From contig NEEC01000406.1 in the NCBI GenBank assembly GCA_002189035.1, forward strand, positions 1-40,272: 40,272 nt of DNA. Reading direction: 5' to 3'. The notes under the pieces are model-generated. The model ran no database searches and was not told the origin of the DNA. It was given only the letters and a program-made list of their open reading frames with translations. How positions within the stretch are numbered: the stretch's first letter is position 1; the number at the start of each line of letters is the position of its first letter. Of the stretch, positions 37,501 to 40,272 are shown piece after piece. The stretch comes from Utricularia gibba. Its lineage: Eukaryota; Plantae; Magnoliophyta. Position numbers and translations under genes: made by a program.

Positions 37501-40272
37501 GTGACTTTTTTCCAACTTGATCGCATAGTAGATGAATTCTGACACCATATGTTTTGGCTTTTGATTGATGCATTTAGTTGCTATGATACTTCTGATTCTT
37601 GATGCACCATTCCCGTATACCATGTCTCTAGTGGCTATTTGATTCTTTTGCCTTGTATGTTGTTCGCATCAATTTCGAGAACATGAAGCACATTATTAAA
37701 TGCATCACCACGGAATGCCACGTGAGACACTTTTCGTTGTGGCTTGTTTTTAATATGTCCACAGTTATCGGACAAACGTAACTCCAAATTATAATACTTG
37801 GAGCTCGAAAAGGGCTTCCCAACAGTGTGCTATGAAGAGCAAGGATCTGCATGTTATGCAAGAGGTGCTTCGCGGACCAGGATGTGCGACGTAGTCATTT
37901 CATTGCGCATCATCATTCGGTGCATCCTAAAAATCACACGTGCACGGATTCATTAAAAATAAATATTTACGCATATCCAGAGTGTATAACAGTGTTGGGA
38001 TAAGTGATGCACGAAATTCATGATGTAGCATGTGACTTTTTTCCAACTTGATCGCATAGTAGATGAATTCTGACACCATATGTTTTGGCTTTTGATTGAT
38101 GCATTTAGTTGCTATGATACTTCTGATTCTTGATGCACCATTCCCGTATACCATGTCTCTAGTGGCTATTTGATTCTTTTGCCTTGTATGTTGTTCGCAT
38201 CAATTTCGAGAACATGAAGCACATTATTAAATGCAGTCACCACGGAATGCCACGTGAGACACTTTTCGTTGTGGCTTTTTAATATGTCCACAGTTATCGG
38301 ACAAACGTAACTCCAAATTATAATACTTGGAGCTCGAAAGGCTTCCCAACAGTGTGCTATGAAGAGCAAGGATCTGCATGTTATGCAAGAGGTGCTTCGC
38401 GGACCAGGATGTGCGACGTAGTCATTTCATTGCGCATCATCATTCGGGTGCAGCCTAAAAATCACACGTGCACGGGATTCATTAAAAATAAATATTTACG
38501 CATATCCAGATATAACAGTGTTGGGATAAGTGATGCCACGAAATTCATGATGTAGCATGTGACTTTTTTCCAACTTGATCGCATAGTAGATGAATTCTGA
38601 CACCATATGTTTTGGCTGTTGATTGATGCATTTAGTTGCTATGATACTTCTGATTCTTGATGCACCATTCCCGTATACCATGTCTCTAGTGGCTATTTGA
38701 TTCTTTTGCCTTGTATGTTGTTCGCATCAATTTCGAGAACATGAAGCACATTATTAAATGCAGTCACCACGGAATGCCACGTGAGACACTTTTCGTTGTG
38801 GCTTGTTTTTAATATGTCCACAGTTTATCGGACAAACGTAACTCCAAATTATAATACTTGGAGCTCGAAAAGGGCTTCCCAACAGTGTGCTATGAAGAGC
38901 AAGGATCTGCATGTTATGCAAGAGGTGCTTCGCGGACCAGGATGTGCGACGTAGTCATTTCATTGCGCATCATCATTCGGGTGCATCCTAAAAATCACAC
39001 GTGCACGGGATTCATTAAAAATAAATATTTACGCATATCCAGAGTGTATAACAGTGTTGGGATAAGTGATGCCACGAAATTCATGATGTAGCATGTGACT
39101 TTTTCCAACTTGATCGCATAGTAGATGAATTCTGACACCATATGTTTGGCTTTGATTGATGCATTTAGTTGCTATGATACTTCTGATTCTTGATGCACCA
39201 TTCCCGTATACCATGTCTCTAGTGGCTATTTGATTCTTTTGCCTTGTATGTTGTTCGCATCAATTTCGAGAACATGAAGCACATTATTAAATGCAGTCAC
39301 CACGGAATGCCACGTGAGACACTTTTCGTTGTGGCTTGTTTTTAATATGTCCACAGTTATCGGACAAACGTAACTCCAAATTATAATACTTGGAGCTCGA
39401 AAAGGGCTTCCCAACAGTGTGCTATGAAGAGCAAGGATCTGCATGTTATGCAAGAGGTGCTTCGCGGACCAGGATGTGCGACGTAGTCATTTCATTGCGC
39501 ATCATCATTCGGGTGCATCCTAAAAATCACACGTGCACCGGATTCATTAAAAATAAATATTTACGCATATCCAGAGTGTATAACAGTGTTGGGATAAGTG
39601 ATGCCACGAAATTCATGATGTAGCATGTGACTTTTTTCCAACTTGATCGCATAGTAGATGAATTCTGACACCATATGTTTTGGCTTTGATTTGCCATTTA
39701 GTTGCTATGATACTTCTGATTCTTGATGCACCATTCCCGTATACCATGTCTCTAGTGGCTATTTGATTCTTTTGCCTTGTATGTTGTTCGCATCAATTTC
39801 GAGAACATGAAGCACATTATTAAATGCAGTCACCACGGAATGCCACGTGAGACACTTTTCGTTGTGGCTTGTTTTTAATATGTCCACAGTTATCGGACAA
39901 ACGTAACTCCAAATTATAATACTTGGAGCTCGAAAAGGGCTTCCCAACAGTGTGCTATGAAGAGCAAGGATCTGCATGTTATGCAAGAGGTGCTTCGCGG
40001 ACCAGGATGTGCGACGTAGTCATTTCATTGCGCATCATCATTCGGGGTGCATCCTAAAAATCACACGTGCACGGATTCATTAAAAATAAATATTTACGCA
40101 TATCCAGAGTGTATAACAGTGTTGGGATAAGTGATGCCACGAAATTCATGATGTAGCATGTGACTTTTTTCCAACTTGATCGCATAGTAGATGAATTCTG
40201 ACACCATATGTTTTGGCTTTTGATTGATGCATTTAGTTGCTATGATACTTCTGATTCTTGATGCACCATTCC

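Larger units (their letters stand above)
1..40272. repeat. Tandem array of a single ~535-nt monomer, ~76.9 copies, head-to-tail, filling the whole window (satellite DNA or rolling-circle concatemer)
   Basis: The anchor GAACATGAAGCACATTATTAAATGC recurs at 1, 534, ... 39803. I counted 77 occurrences of the CGTTGTGGCTT(G)TTTTTAAT landmark (some degraded). The 76 periods span 39,802 nt (mean ~524 nt; clean copies 533-536 nt). There are no inversions or intervening sequence. The ORF track repeats the same peptides at ~530-nt intervals. Confidence 0.99.

Noticed and set aside
290-39986. The ~150 ORFs in the track as genes
   Set aside because: All are permutations of the same few frames, spliced together by copy-specific indels. 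The longest (145 aa, 138 aa) are frameshift chimeras found in noisy copies only.
1-40272. Never-ending ORF across repeat junctions, as in the DRT2/neo concatemeric cDNA
   Set aside because: Every one of the six frames of the consensus has multiple stop codons per monomer, the clean unit (536 nt) is not a multiple of three, and no reverse transcriptase gene is in the window.
1-40272. CRISPR array
   Set aside because: The entire unit repeats; there are no short direct repeats separated by unique spacers.

Overview
The whole 40,272-nt window is one uninterrupted head-to-tail tandem array of a single ~535-nt monomer: 76 complete copies plus a partial 77th, all in one orientation, with no flanking unique sequence. 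A clean copy (28021..28556, 536 nt) is about 40% GC by hand count. No recognisable gene, RNA gene, CRISPR array or transposon is present, and every entry in the ORF track is one of a few short frames of the same monomer, reshuffled by indels. Differences between copies are mostly deletions (homopolymer shortening and recurrent 5-25 nt drop-outs), much heavier at ~4-23 kb (mean period ~514 nt over 4221-19640) than at ~24-40 kb (~533 nt over 27550-39803). This looks like a single noisy long read or an unpolished contig. Two explanations compete: (1) a rolling-circle concatemer of a ~535-nt circular molecule, natural or made in vitro, or (2) a young, highly homogeneous genomic satellite. The most informative signals are an almost invariant double-hairpin block carrying a CRESS-nonanucleotide-like AAGTATTAT on the minus strand, a positional switch of one variant (GAGTATATA-type to GAGTGTATA at ~19.9 kb), and two long minus-strand frames one base out of register. 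The organism and function cannot be determined from the sequence alone, and I cannot support a claim of a new biological system without the checks listed.
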